DNA of 64,000 nucleotides from positions 32,001 to 96,000 of IMG/VR virus record IMGVR_UViG_3300050025_000126. The stretch is one strand, 5' to 3'. The notes under the pieces are model-generated. The model was not told the DNA's origin, searched no databases, and saw nothing but the letters and a program-made list of their open reading frames with translations. The translations under genes were made by a program, and so were the position numbers. The DNA is from a virus. Positions 29,101-38,213 of the stretch are shown in pieces. Each line of letters begins with the position of its first letter. Within the stretch, counting starts at the first letter, position 1.

Positions 29101-30049
29101 GATATGGTTACAGGATTCAATTATATCGGGTATCTTCAAAATCCTTAGAGTTTCTCAGACCGAATCGGCCTATACATATTGGATTGATTATCCAGAAGCA
29201 ATTGAATCCACAGCTGGTCATAGCCTAGTCCATACGATTTCTGGATATAGCCCTATCCCAGGCGATACACTATCTATTAATAGCAACGTTTTTGGTGAAG
29301 CAAATCGTGGTAGTTGGATTGTTACTAACGTAGGCAATGGGTACACGGACAATACTCTAAAGGTGTCTGTGGTTGACAAACCTCTTGTTGCCTTTTCGGG
29401 TAGTGTATCTACAAAAGTAAAAGATGTCTCTGTTGTAGAAAAACTTCCTTTGACAGCAATCAAGAAATTGTTGTCCGTATCGCCAAATTCTGCGAACACA
29501 GAAAACGCAGACCTTCTCTTGGACGATGCGTCAAACATTGAAAGCTGGAGCCAATCTGCTGGCACCGTGTTGACATCTCTAAGCAAGCTGTCCTTCCCAA
29601 ATACAATTCAAGTGGGCAATGATGCCTATCGTTTCAATACCGGTCTAATCGCAGAGTCAAAGCGCGTCATTTACGGAGACAGCGCAGACGTTGATAACTA
29701 CCCAGGTTACGTATCAGATGGAGCAAGAGTCCTAATTCAAGGTCCAACTATCAAGCAAATAAAGCTAATTCTTCAGGTAAGACTCCAAAGCAACGATATT
29801 ACATCTGCTGATATCGTAGGGTCTATAAAGTCTGCTGTAGCTGGAGTCGTAAATTCTTCCCCTGTTGGATTCCCGATTGCTATTTCAGACATCGTCTCAG
29901 CTGCACAAGCCATTAGCGGCGTTATTGCCGTTAGCGTGGTTTCTCCCGCTTACAGCTCTGTGCAAGACCAGATTCCAGTAAGAGGTCAAGAAAAGGCTAT
30001 GGTTGTTGACCTTGATAATGATATCAAAATCCTAATCGTAGGTAACTAA
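23108..30049 (+). CDS. giant baseplate wedge protein (baseplate J-like N- and C-termini) with an inserted Kelch beta-propeller
   Basis: LDRIG...GV.R, G..GNL....I, VTNP....GRDVEQDNDYRDRIR...RGT..AI; C-terminal I.ISDIV......GV..V; Kelch repeats such as RAYHTATLLPSGKVWITGG. Confidence 0.8.
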   Translation: MSISSTPTPQSYQQILGAQLNTVRSRLGLRKFKPGGQFLTIFEASAQSDARISADVFKGLLSQDLDASEGIVLDRIGNSEGVPRRSKKASQGQITVTDPSFQKVSSTVYHGKPAPIVGSVSVYVSKGSTFDLAPPTGQVYLGRGTVNYEGPLSYSAKTDSGSCWTLTLSSTTKFHNQGESVILAQGGNRPIQIGQIVSTTQGASTAPVTFTTAQAAAVADGEVQIDLVPITCTVDGIAGNLAPNSIVSFGDSPPFTNATVTNPKAISFGRDVEQDNDYRDRIRQARADKQRGTATAIKGAVIDITTSDETSSVLSANVVKRKDKPTVLYIDDGNGYEEKSDGVGYETVVDQAAGGETDFLSIMSPIAQAYVEATNQAPYTILDGTTLTIRVGGVSSTHYFDSATFTSPLSASSFDVVSSVNANSSLLFQARLAQNTASVAFYAKSETNDDLQVILAPDPTMDAAVVLGLSTAPVYTTSLYRNDVLLSKDGLLAQVVSNPFSTWSPLFTSETLIVNTDATGNITVTINDTDFQNLGYPALSNADPKTWADVLSHKIPGVTATDEIDKVILTSNKGRSSLASVSIIGGTLVTKGVFAPSSSFGVSNDYSVDRSVGAIAINTSLIQDDLLSLGTQWSEAFIETDFGYNFIDLTSDASYYLIVDDNTSEIIPTSMFRAGLFTAQRFESSPLFTSFDICDGTAPGPILPDITVPGAADGDWVLLTDPAFDPTWKGVYRNSADNLIRIIKDADTATRIGHTSTALDGTASLFVLICGGLTTIQSGVGLPGAIKGRGVTGNCRLYDANLGAWIQLPDLITPRAYHTATLLPSGKVWITGGFDASGNPLASTETFDPTTRTFTAGPPLPISSVDLTPQPRVHHTATLLTNGQVVVVGGCKTTALGDSALNTSVQYEPITGTYLHDGTLHVARYGHQALLDVTQDLVIVFGGVSTIAAPATPITSVESYTDTVSTWFNRVPMTSGRAFFGAEKILGGANSKIVVAGGSLHLFSDNSVTTTAATGTYQTYTPATDSWTTESNINTNVPTITINFAQSDLVRTYTTNTVILGGLASQLLKYNNSTDAWDALSADPGISLYIVSREGFTASAPISGGPKGDNCAWFGGAIPNSTSEQSFQGIANVDFLDTVVNLRNHPYPVFASLALTNGRVTVVRSETPPDVITVPANGGTFYTADSFAPAINLIAQNEVAKVKDTTKVRLSTLSTDGSISIVDQDTTLPVFAPKKTVVSQRSQHAIVVSGSDISVPSGFQLRTVSSKTANSTGLPQSVILPDYGPELDLGHIPEPLNINGKVVGLKNIPFGGPPVISRSTDFGFGDAKGVTSLIGSFSSPGVFEETSTSTVSSLGSYLGLRSALPVTVGNPVYVAEPFKFSVSDFLDITVDGDSSTKRFSVPMARKMTTVGSYQSPLTLKDADNSNSTIATAFGTDYSFDDFAILSRARVISDPADVSKRALWRYYRYGEEGNYASVRYVWPTGPNQPISVSASSVQKPSDFSYYKGLPKATTDINIGSGALRKNRNISLNTRIGVGKGSVILTSNNIWTVTLQVGFTVVNASRLVLNGDTTLNITTLFGPGLPGPGLNPGDVLWFEGSSPASSTLQTGQFVIKTIAPAGPPGAWTITINSMMLNDGTIWPLTANPGTISTDPNQKAKFDDEVLVGDLISFNDPTGNLTSEVMAISVIDPNRQYIECNAVNFNPTPVSTLAYGTMPKLTDLQIFAPASNTITSVVAAVNANPNSPIQGTVTGTGAGIINTASWVSGSNADFRYNLSDGINYVANTNKPANPTIQTTFYLKLPVTGSLTTNNDFANETFYVIPQLASSVVKWLNTPPVTGLWSVASITTCADGSKVQIKSNTAGSAGSILVEGGTANLKTAAVIGQATESQFNSNLTSGLVITTTAAEAEGFCGNSWVELNNTERLPKLVDTSPNWSGNTITSISPGGLITFSAPPYYLSDLGSGSPVFFTVEKVGKYVTINLLKSFCDISLFHAPTDWIWLQDSIISGIFKILRVSQTESAYTYWIDYPEAIESTAGHSLVHTISGYSPIPGDTLSINSNVFGEANRGSWIVTNVGNGYTDNTLKVSVVDKPLVAFSGSVSTKVKDVSVVEKLPLTAIKKLLSVSPNSANTENADLLLDDASNIESWSQSAGTVLTSLSKLSFPNTIQVGNDAYRFNTGLIAESKRVIYGDSADVDNYPGYVSDGARVLIQGPTIKQIKLILQVRLQSNDITSADIVGSIKSAVAGVVNSSPVGFPIAISDIVSAAQAISGVIAVSVVSPAYSSVQDQIPVRGQEKAMVVDLDNDIKILIVGN

Positions 30050-31329
30050 TGTTAGCTATACAAGATGTAGCAAATAGTAATGGTCCAGCCACCATTGGGA
30101 CAGATTTCTTACTTAGCTCTATTGAACTGGTAGACGATCAAACTCTTTTGGTTTGGTTTACGAGAAATACCACTGGGGCAACCACTACCAGCAACTATAC
30201 TGTGACTGGACCCTCTGCCAGATCTGTAATCTTAGCCCAACAAAATGACCTAAACGGAGCTAGGATATATCTAGATCTACCGCTAACGGTAGGCCAATGG
30301 ACTCTATCCGTAACCTCTATCACATCAAACGACCCAGACGCTTTAACCCTTCCATCAGACACTAAAGTAATTTTCGATTTGGTAGATAAGTCTACTCAAG
30401 ATACTGTAGGCACCAATCTAGTCGAAGCTCCTGTATCAAAATTCATCCCCAAGGAGTTTAGGAACAAGAAGGTAGTAGGAGCTATCATCGCTGGCTTAGA
30501 AACCGGTGACGCTATTGTTAGAGATCAGACCCGCCTAGCTTTTGACCAAAGCTTCTTGTCTACGGCTAGCGGCAAATATCTAAACACCAAGGCAAGTGAT
30601 AGAGGCGTTCCTAAGCCGACGAAACTAGGATTGTCTGACACACAATTCAGAAAACTAGCAATAGATATAACAAACAGTAAATTGACCAATGCCGCTCTTT
30701 TGTCAGTTTTGGAAACTATGTATGGCGAAGATTCAGTAAGAGCCTATGTAGAGACAGAGATGTCGGGACCTTTCCAATTATTCGACCAAGGATATCTGGA
30801 TTTTTTTGTAGACGGCAAACATTCCTTTAGATTTGTAGCAAATATTTCAGGTTACACAACACCGACAGCCGTAACATCTGTTGAGTTGTGTAATTCTTTG
30901 AACTTTGCTTTTGATAAAAACAGCTTTCCAGCGCATGCAATTATAAAAAGAGAAAAGGTTAGGGTTTACAGTAATACGACAGGCATCCAGTCTAAAATAT
31001 CAATAAAAGGTGGAACACTACAGCCTTACGTCGGATTTGATTTAGATGTTTTTGAAGGAACGGGTTCCTTAAACCAACTTTCCAGTGCTTCCTGGACCCT
31101 TACCAACCCAAGACCAGGGATAGTAAGATTTACGTTGGTAAACCCAGAGCCTGCTCTCCCAGGAGTTCTAGCTTTCGTTACAGAAAAAGACTATGTTACT
31201 GTAATTGGTAGTGAATTCCCACTACCATTAAGGGGTAGCTACAATCTTGTTGCCGTAAACTGGACACAAACCTCTCCAACCGTTTGTGTTCAGTGGTTTG
31301 AGATTGAATCTTCCTATGTGGTAGTCTAA
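30049..31329 (+). CDS. baseplate protein (wedge/I-like)
   Basis: FLSTASGKYL...ASDRGV.KP..LGLSD..FR motif; coupled to the J-like gene. Confidence 0.6.
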   Translation: MLAIQDVANSNGPATIGTDFLLSSIELVDDQTLLVWFTRNTTGATTTSNYTVTGPSARSVILAQQNDLNGARIYLDLPLTVGQWTLSVTSITSNDPDALTLPSDTKVIFDLVDKSTQDTVGTNLVEAPVSKFIPKEFRNKKVVGAIIAGLETGDAIVRDQTRLAFDQSFLSTASGKYLNTKASDRGVPKPTKLGLSDTQFRKLAIDITNSKLTNAALLSVLETMYGEDSVRAYVETEMSGPFQLFDQGYLDFFVDGKHSFRFVANISGYTTPTAVTSVELCNSLNFAFDKNSFPAHAIIKREKVRVYSNTTGIQSKISIKGGTLQPYVGFDLDVFEGTGSLNQLSSASWTLTNPRPGIVRFTLVNPEPALPGVLAFVTEKDYVTVIGSEFPLPLRGSYNLVAVNWTQTSPTVCVQWFEIESSYVVV

Positions 31330-32984
31330 TGAGCATCAACCAAACCTATTTAAAAGATCTGTGGTTCTGGAACCCTAAGACCAAAAGAATCTTCGATAAC
31401 GATTTGTGGGCCTCTGTAACTCAAATAGACGGCGTAGCCAAGGTTTCTATTCCCGCGACCTCTCAAGCCGTAAACAGAACAAACGGATTTGCAGCATATT
31501 TAAGGTATCCTTTCTATGTAGAGCCAACTATTGCAATTAGCCCCGCGCCAAGTCAGGTAACCAGATCTTCTCAGGCTTATTCTGACGCAGAAGGTAATGT
31601 TCAACCCAGAATCTCTGCTATTTATTCAGCATCTGCGTTAATTGTAACTTCTGATGGCAACCCCTCCCCGGCCCCTGGCTTAGATGTAGGTAGCGTTCTA
31701 TTAGTCGAGGGATCTGTTAATAACGGCCCTAGGGGTTCTACTGCCGCTACTGTCTATCCAGTCGCCCCAGCGGCCTATAAACCTCACGTAGGCGCTTTGG
31801 GACAGGCGGTAGTAGGCCGTTCTACGACTTCTAATACTCAAAACATGTGGTTTGTTGGTGGGAACGCTAGCTTTGGCTCAGCGTCTTTATATTCTCCTAA
31901 AACAGGCGTTGATTTTGTCCAAGTTACCTTGAATGACGATAGCTCCTTGACGGTTACAGATAGCCTAGTTGGTACCGTAAATAACCTATTCCCGTCTTGT
32001 TGCGTTATTGAAGGGGAGAGATTTCTAGATCAATTATTCTACACAGGCGGAATGACTTCTTGGTCTACCCTTAGCGCAGCAACAAAAATGATTAGTCCTA
32101 CAGGCGTAGAAACAGCTGTTACAGACTGCCCAGAAAACGTAACAAAAGCCGCTTGCCTTAGCTCTCCTTACCCAACCACAACCTTTCTCCCTACTACAAA
32201 ACACTATATCACCGTTATCGGTGGGTTAAACGATGCTTTAACAGACTCTAAAGATAGCGTATGGTCGTATGACCCCTACCTGGACGAATGGGGAACTAAC
32301 CATCCCTTGATTACTCCTCGTAGAGACCACCAAACGATCAACATTAATGTCAAAAGGGCCAGCAATTGGGATATTTTAGTTGTTGGTGGTAAAAGGGGCA
32401 TCTTTTCAAACGGTGGACAATTAGGTCCCGCTCCCTCACCTTTGGGTGTTCCTCTAAATTCTTGCGAAATCATTGGTGGATTTGGAGGGGCGCCCTCTAC
32501 CCAAGACCTTTCTCCTCAACGCACAGGTCCTATGGCAGATGCCCGATACGCTTTTGGTATGACGACCTTGCCAGACGATAGGGTGTTGGTTTGTGGTGGC
32601 ATTGGTTACAACCCTAGCTACCCTCAACTCGACCCTGCTGTACCTGAATACAATTACGAGCTGAGTCGTTGTGAGGTTTACGATCCTGAAACACAACTGT
32701 GGACACCTATCCAGCCTATGCTAGAAGCTCACAGCTATTGTGTCTGCCATTGGGTTAAAGAAGCTAACAAAGTGTATGTGTATGGAGGATATGGGTCTAC
32801 ATTGATTGAATACCTGGACCTTGACACTATGCTTTGGCACAAATCAGTCTATACCATGCCTTCGCCAGTTGTTGTTGGTTCTCCTTTTGGTATGGACCAC
32901 GGTTTTATGGGTCTTATTGGTGGCGGGGCTTATGATACGAATACGGGAATTTTTACTCCTAACGATAACGATATTTTAATGTAA
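31329..32984 (+). CDS. Kelch-repeat virion/baseplate protein
   Basis: MADARYAFGMTTLPDDRVLVCGG, CEVYDPETQLW and similar repeats. Confidence 0.7.
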   Translation: MSINQTYLKDLWFWNPKTKRIFDNDLWASVTQIDGVAKVSIPATSQAVNRTNGFAAYLRYPFYVEPTIAISPAPSQVTRSSQAYSDAEGNVQPRISAIYSASALIVTSDGNPSPAPGLDVGSVLLVEGSVNNGPRGSTAATVYPVAPAAYKPHVGALGQAVVGRSTTSNTQNMWFVGGNASFGSASLYSPKTGVDFVQVTLNDDSSLTVTDSLVGTVNNLFPSCCVIEGERFLDQLFYTGGMTSWSTLSAATKMISPTGVETAVTDCPENVTKAACLSSPYPTTTFLPTTKHYITVIGGLNDALTDSKDSVWSYDPYLDEWGTNHPLITPRRDHQTININVKRASNWDILVVGGKRGIFSNGGQLGPAPSPLGVPLNSCEIIGGFGGAPSTQDLSPQRTGPMADARYAFGMTTLPDDRVLVCGGIGYNPSYPQLDPAVPEYNYELSRCEVYDPETQLWTPIQPMLEAHSYCVCHWVKEANKVYVYGGYGSTLIEYLDLDTMLWHKSVYTMPSPVVVGSPFGMDHGFMGLIGGGAYDTNTGIFTPNDNDILM

Positions 32985-32990
32985 GGAAAC

Positions 32991-33788
32991 ATGGCACCTC
33001 CAATTGGGTCATCTTGGAACGCGATAAGGGCTGACATACCTGAATACAACAGATATGACAGTTTAAATTCGGAATGGCGTGTCAATAGTTATGACGCAAA
33101 TACCGATACGTTATATTTAACCTCTGCGTCATTAGGAGATTTTACTAATACCGACGTTCGTTGGTCTGATGCTGCCACAGACCGACAAGGAGCCAGGTTT
33201 GTTCTAGCAAAAGCTGTGCCAAGTTTTGAAGTTGATATTATTGGCCCCTATATTTTTGATTTGGGTCAGCCATTCGCCGTTAGCGGCGTTAATTTGACCC
33301 TTAACCAAGAAGTCTTCAAAGGCCTTTCGTATAATGCCCTCGCCGTGACCGGAGACGCGCATTTGGTAGGTCCTGGGTGGTTGGTGTTCAATTACGGTTA
33401 TGCGAGCCAAGAAGGCCCCGTGCGGTGCCTTGGAGCGACTGACGATGTAACCCTTACGATTGACGCTGGCTACAAGTTCAAAAACATGCTTGGATTTGGA
33501 AGCAAAATTAACGTTCTTTTCCAGAGAGCCGCATTTGAGCCTAGCTCGCCCGTTGGTTCATTTTGGCTTACCGCTTCAAACGCGGGTAGAGCTGCGGCAA
33601 TTGACTTGTTACGTCAGATTTCAGCAGCGGGCATCGAAATGGATATCACAACGCGTTATCCTGGCGACCGGGGAATTGGAGCAGAAGGATTTCCTGTGTC
33701 GAATAACTATAAGCTATCCGATATCGTTGAATGCTTTGGTCGAGATGATATTAACGTAGAATTAGAAGAGGCTCGAAATGGCAATTAG
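32991..33788 (+). CDS. baseplate-associated protein
   Basis: In the baseplate operon; LL..I.AAGI C-terminal wedge-like motif. Confidence 0.5.
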   Translation: MAPPIGSSWNAIRADIPEYNRYDSLNSEWRVNSYDANTDTLYLTSASLGDFTNTDVRWSDAATDRQGARFVLAKAVPSFEVDIIGPYIFDLGQPFAVSGVNLTLNQEVFKGLSYNALAVTGDAHLVGPGWLVFNYGYASQEGPVRCLGATDDVTLTIDAGYKFKNMLGFGSKINVLFQRAAFEPSSPVGSFWLTASNAGRAAAIDLLRQISAAGIEMDITTRYPGDRGIGAEGFPVSNNYKLSDIVECFGRDDINVELEEARNGN

Positions 33789-34197
33789 CAATCTTGTGAC
33801 GAGTCCCCATTGCGTTGCTTATGTGAACAGCGTCCCTTTTGCTCGGGTATGTGGCCTTACGTATGATATAGTTTCTCCTAGAAGAGAACTTCACGGAATA
33901 GACATCTTAGAACCCACCGAATTGGTGCCATCAAGTCTTTCTATACATGGTACAATCCAGGTGTATCGTTTGCACCAAGATGGAGGAGTCGAGGCAGCTG
34001 GGTTGGTGGCTACTTGGCAAAAGTTAACCAAGGAGAAGTACGCGAGTTTAATGGTACTCGACAGGGCAACGGACACGGTTCTCGTTCAGGTTGACAAATT
34101 CTGCGTTAATAATCAATCATGGCGCATTACACCTAAATCATTTGTCCTGGGAACTATAACCTGGACCGGGTTCGGTTATTCCAACGATTCGGACTAA
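33778..34197 (+). CDS. tail tube-like/hub protein
   Basis: 139-aa beta-rich protein with a GID...P.EL.P pattern seen in tube-fold proteins. Confidence 0.45.
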   Translation: MAISNLVTSPHCVAYVNSVPFARVCGLTYDIVSPRRELHGIDILEPTELVPSSLSIHGTIQVYRLHQDGGVEAAGLVATWQKLTKEKYASLMVLDRATDTVLVQVDKFCVNNQSWRITPKSFVLGTITWTGFGYSNDSD

Positions 34198-34241
34198 TAG
34201 CAATCTTTAAAAGGCATGAATACGCCTAAGGATAATTTATA

Positions 34242-36368
34242 ATGGCTGTTAACGCGGACGGCAATTGGCTTGGACAAGAACGTGTAGACGTCCCCCATCT
34301 ACGACTCATCGAGTCAGGAGTTCGCTATGACTTCGACTCATTGGCTTATATTTTAGTCGGAGAACAGCCCATGGTCATCAAGGGCTTTGAGCTGTTGTCC
34401 AACCCTGTAGGTTTTGAAGCTTCTTTACTCACTTTCAAAGTAGCCGGTAGTAAAGTAATCCACCCCCTCGCAAGTGAATCTGGAAGCATCTTCAGTGTCC
34501 CTACCGCGAGAGCAAATGAAGTAATCAACCCCAATATCAATACCAGGGTACTCAGTTCTATTCAGCCCAATTCGGTTAACTTCATTGGGATTGATCTTCA
34601 AAGAAGTCCCGATGCGTCAACAGCCGATGTGGTACAGCTCCTCGATCCTTCTCTAAATCAAGAATCACCACAAAAAGTTCCTCTTAGGAGAACGCTTGAT
34701 TACGTTTGGATTGTTTCTGCCGTCGATTTTACCTTTAATCGCTCTGTATGCCCAGTAGCAATTGTAACAACCAACGCTTTAAATGTTGTAACGGCTTTCC
34801 AAGACGCTAGGCCGTTAATGGGGAGACTAACGCCCGGTGGAGCTGTGTCTACCGAAGTCAATCCCTTTGGCTGGCCCGGTGGTCGTTCTGATGTTACTCT
34901 TTCTTCTACTAATCCAATTGTAGGAGACAAGGCCCTCAGGAGCTTTAAGGACATTATCAACGCTATTGAAACAAGGTTGTGGGAACTTGGAGGTGGGGAT
35001 TCGTGGTACTCGCCGACAGCAGACAGAAACGTCAATCTACTAACTGGCTCAAGCGTCTTTACTTCTAGTGGTGAAAGCTTTGAAATCGTTTCCGGTAATC
35101 TGCACTGGAAAGGGTTGAAAATATCCTACGATAACTCGTTACAGCACGTTACCTCTATAGTAGATCAAATTACAGATGTCCCTGGACTCACTGACCTTAT
35201 TGACGGCGAGTGTATTTATATCGATTTAGACCGTACCTCTGGTAGTTCTATACATGCCCAAAAAGCCCTGTTATCATTCTTGGGTCTAGGTGCAAAGCCT
35301 GGTTCTCGTTGGGTTATTGCTTCTAGGATTGGGAGCAATTATTATGTAAATGGCATTCCCTATCCGATTGGTAGTTCCTTTAGCTTAGCTACAACGTCAC
35401 ATTCGGGCACACTAAAAACCAATTTAGACGTTGCTTCACCAAATCCTATTGCTGCTACTATAGTGCCTTCTGGGGCATTTTTCGATTATGCGGCTGGAGT
35501 TGTTACAGGAAGAGGCCTCTCAAACAATAGAGACATTGGTTCAGTAAGGACCTTCGACACCAACTCGGATTTACTAATAGGTCGTGGAACCGCCGCTGGT
35601 GACAACAATGTTCAAATTCATACAGACACGACCACAACTGGGACTGTTGTAACAGGAAGTGGCGATGTTAATCATCCTTATTTAGCTGTAAACCCAAACG
35701 GAAGCGGAATAACCACGTTTAACAGTACTCCGCTCGATTTAGTGTCCTCTAGATATGAAGGAACTAAGTCGTGGAGAATTGAAGCTATAAACGTTTTGCC
35801 ATTTATACCATCGGCAGGTTCTTTGAAATACTTTTACAAAAGAGAAAAAACATTTAAAACAGATTGTCGACTGTTGCTAGACGATCCTGGACCTTTTGCC
35901 TACAACGATACAACAAAAACTTTAACGGCGACATCTCATTATGTTGTTTCTATTGATTCGACTGTGATAGGTTTAGGTGACAGAATATTTGTAAACAATC
36001 TCTCAAGTGGTCTATATAATGGTATTTACGTGGTTTCTCAGCTGGGGATATCAGATCCCGGAGGTCAACCGGCAATTCTTACCAGAGCATTTGATTGTTG
36101 TGGACCTCTTAGCGCCACTGTTTTAAATTTAGGTTATGACGCATTTGATGGAACTTCAGTTAGAATAACCGCAGGCACTACATATTCGGGGACTTCTTGG
36201 GTTCTGAATGCTCCTAGGGTTGCGGGTAGCGTGGTTCTTAATGGTACAGTGTCAGTTATTTGGAGCCAAATAACACCAAGCGATAAAAACGCAGATCAGT
36301 TTTGTGTTATGTGGTTTGATGGAAGTTACACACCAATTACAACTAGTCCAGAATATTCATTAACCTAA
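34242..36368 (+). CDS. tail/baseplate fibre-associated protein
   Basis: C-terminal IDS..I.LGDRIFV.N.....NGIYVV....LTRA.D tail-fibre motif; AATCTT at 34203. Confidence 0.6.
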   Translation: MAVNADGNWLGQERVDVPHLRLIESGVRYDFDSLAYILVGEQPMVIKGFELLSNPVGFEASLLTFKVAGSKVIHPLASESGSIFSVPTARANEVINPNINTRVLSSIQPNSVNFIGIDLQRSPDASTADVVQLLDPSLNQESPQKVPLRRTLDYVWIVSAVDFTFNRSVCPVAIVTTNALNVVTAFQDARPLMGRLTPGGAVSTEVNPFGWPGGRSDVTLSSTNPIVGDKALRSFKDIINAIETRLWELGGGDSWYSPTADRNVNLLTGSSVFTSSGESFEIVSGNLHWKGLKISYDNSLQHVTSIVDQITDVPGLTDLIDGECIYIDLDRTSGSSIHAQKALLSFLGLGAKPGSRWVIASRIGSNYYVNGIPYPIGSSFSLATTSHSGTLKTNLDVASPNPIAATIVPSGAFFDYAAGVVTGRGLSNNRDIGSVRTFDTNSDLLIGRGTAAGDNNVQIHTDTTTTGTVVTGSGDVNHPYLAVNPNGSGITTFNSTPLDLVSSRYEGTKSWRIEAINVLPFIPSAGSLKYFYKREKTFKTDCRLLLDDPGPFAYNDTTKTLTATSHYVVSIDSTVIGLGDRIFVNNLSSGLYNGIYVVSQLGISDPGGQPAILTRAFDCCGPLSATVLNLGYDAFDGTSVRITAGTTYSGTSWVLNAPRVAGSVVLNGTVSVIWSQITPSDKNADQFCVMWFDGSYTPITTSPEYSLT

Positions 36369-36376
36369 AGGACAAT

Positions 36377-37399
36377 ATGCCAACGCCCGGATTTATAGGA
36401 ACTGGTTTTTATACTTCAAAGCTGTTGTTTGGTGGACTTTTAGACGGTGGGTTTACCAATCCGTGGGTTGTGTCTAGTCCAACAAACCTAACCGCAGACT
36501 TAATTACTCAAAACATTGTTCTTAATAATGCGTTAAATGTGTATTCTGGCAGTGGTAATCGCGATTGCTACAAGATAATCTGTTCAGGCACCCTAACTAT
36601 AAATAGCGGCGGGTATGTGTCAGCCTCTGCAAATTTATTTAATGGAGGTAATACCACGACGGCTCTTTCGTCTCCGGGACTTGGTTTTGGTGGGTCTGTA
36701 GGTGGAAGTGGGTTTGGTGGTGCCGCTGAATTGGCAGCAGGAGCAGCAGGCGCACCATCTTCTCCACAGCCGGTATTCTTAGGTGGCGCAGGAGGCCACG
36801 GTGGTACCCGTGGGGGTGATGCAGGGGGGGCTGGAGGAACGTCTTCGCCAGCAAGTATTAACAATCGGTTTCAACCTTCTATATACGAACACGCTGGAGT
36901 TTGGGTTAATCCCGCTATATATGCCGACTCCCCTTCTACTTTTACAAATTGGGCTGGGGCATACGCCCCTGGTTATGCTATGGTCCCTGTTTGTGGTGGA
37001 TGCGGTGGTGGCGGATGCTCAGATATCGGAAGTAACAATAACGGCGCTGGTGGGGCGGGCGGGGGCGTTGTTTACATTGCCGCCAATAAGATTGTCATGA
37101 ATGGCGGTAGTATTTCCGCTAATGGCCAAAGCGCAGGAAATTTAACTGGTGGAGGTGGAGGTGGAGGTGGTGTTATAATACTGGTTACAAACGATTTGGT
37201 TTTTGTCCCAGGTTCTGGGAGTTCCATTACGGTTAACAAAGGGTTTGGTGGGGGATTAGGTTCTACTGATGGAGGGGATGGAATGACCGTTCTTTTTAGT
37301 GATCAGTTGGTAGCATCGTTTTCCGCCCCCTTAACCGAAATCGTATATAAACAAGCTGTAATAAATTTTCAATTTCAAGGTAAAAAACTAACAAGTTAA
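36377..37399 (+). CDS. glycine-rich virion/fibre protein
   Basis: GGGGGGG.I.L and I.ANG..G glycine-rich repeats. Confidence 0.65.
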   Translation: MPTPGFIGTGFYTSKLLFGGLLDGGFTNPWVVSSPTNLTADLITQNIVLNNALNVYSGSGNRDCYKIICSGTLTINSGGYVSASANLFNGGNTTTALSSPGLGFGGSVGGSGFGGAAELAAGAAGAPSSPQPVFLGGAGGHGGTRGGDAGGAGGTSSPASINNRFQPSIYEHAGVWVNPAIYADSPSTFTNWAGAYAPGYAMVPVCGGCGGGGCSDIGSNNNGAGGAGGGVVYIAANKIVMNGGSISANGQSAGNLTGGGGGGGGVIILVTNDLVFVPGSGSSITVNKGFGGGLGSTDGGDGMTVLFSDQLVASFSAPLTEIVYKQAVINFQFQGKKLTS

Positions 37400-38109
37400 C
37401 AAGCTGGTCCACCGGAAAACTTGTAATTTGGGTAATTTTTACAAGACACAGCGCAGTATCCGCACGAAGCAAAATAGCTGTCGTCACAAGCTCCTTCATT
37501 GGCTAGTGTAGAACAACTATCCCTAGTAATAGCAATCTTTTGATTTAATGAAGTATAACCTAGCTCCAGCAGTCCCATAGGTGGCAAAATGTCCTGACAA
37601 GCTTCGGGGGTCTTATGTTGTATAAAAACGCTGTACGAGGACGATAGGAGTTCTGGCACGGTACATCCGTCGACAAATTCGTCTACCACAACTGCCGTAT
37701 TTGTAATCGTCAACGTTTTTGTTTTGTCAGATCTGTCTACATAAGTCATTGTTTGGGTTTCTGTTCCCGTGGAGGTAACCGTGAAGGTAGTGGGGCCAGA
37801 AATCGCCGAAGTAAAGGTTTCAGTGTTAGTCTGACTCACTGTCCCAGTATTCGTCTGACTCACTGTCCCAGTATTCGTATCGCTAACGCTAACGCTTTGC
37901 GTATTGGTTTGGCTTTGTGTGTCACTTGAGGTTGCGGTTTGGGTGTTCGTATTAGTCGCTGTACCAAACTTTCCAACGCCACCGGTTGAAGTCTGCGTGT
38001 CGGTTTGCGTCGAAGATGTGGTCGTAGAAATGCCGTCTCCAACCCCGATGCCGGAACCGCTCATTTCGCATCCGGTCAAAAGTATAATAGCTAAAAATAT
38101 GTTCTTCAT
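37396..38109 (-). CDS. Thr/Ser-rich lipoprotein with Cys-rich C-terminus
   Basis: MKNIFLAIILLTGC lipobox; TQT/TNT low-complexity stalk. Confidence 0.7.
   Translation of the reverse strand: MKNIFLAIILLTGCEMSGSGIGVGDGISTTTSSTQTDTQTSTGGVGKFGTATNTNTQTATSSDTQSQTNTQSVSVSDTNTGTVSQTNTGTVSQTNTETFTSAISGPTTFTVTSTGTETQTMTYVDRSDKTKTLTITNTAVVVDEFVDGCTVPELLSSSYSVFIQHKTPEACQDILPPMGLLELGYTSLNQKIAITRDSCSTLANEGACDDSYFASCGYCAVSCKNYPNYKFSGGPAC
37829..37878. repeat. 24-bp tandem duplication (TNTGTVSQ x2)
   Basis: gtctgactcactgtcccagtattc repeated twice exactly. Confidence 0.9.
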
Positions 38110-38135
38110 GATTTGTATCTCCTTAGGTTGGACCT

Positions 38136-38174
38136 ACCATACCACTAGACTTTCTTGGTGTCAACAACAATCTT
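38136..38174. promoter_or_regulatory. bidirectional promoter junction (GTCAACAACAATCTT)
   Basis: Minus TTGACA-17-TATGGT; plus AATCTT upstream of 38214. Confidence 0.6.
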
Positions 38175-38213
38175 TTTTATATGCCATCACTTATCTCTTG
38201 GGAGCTAAAATAA

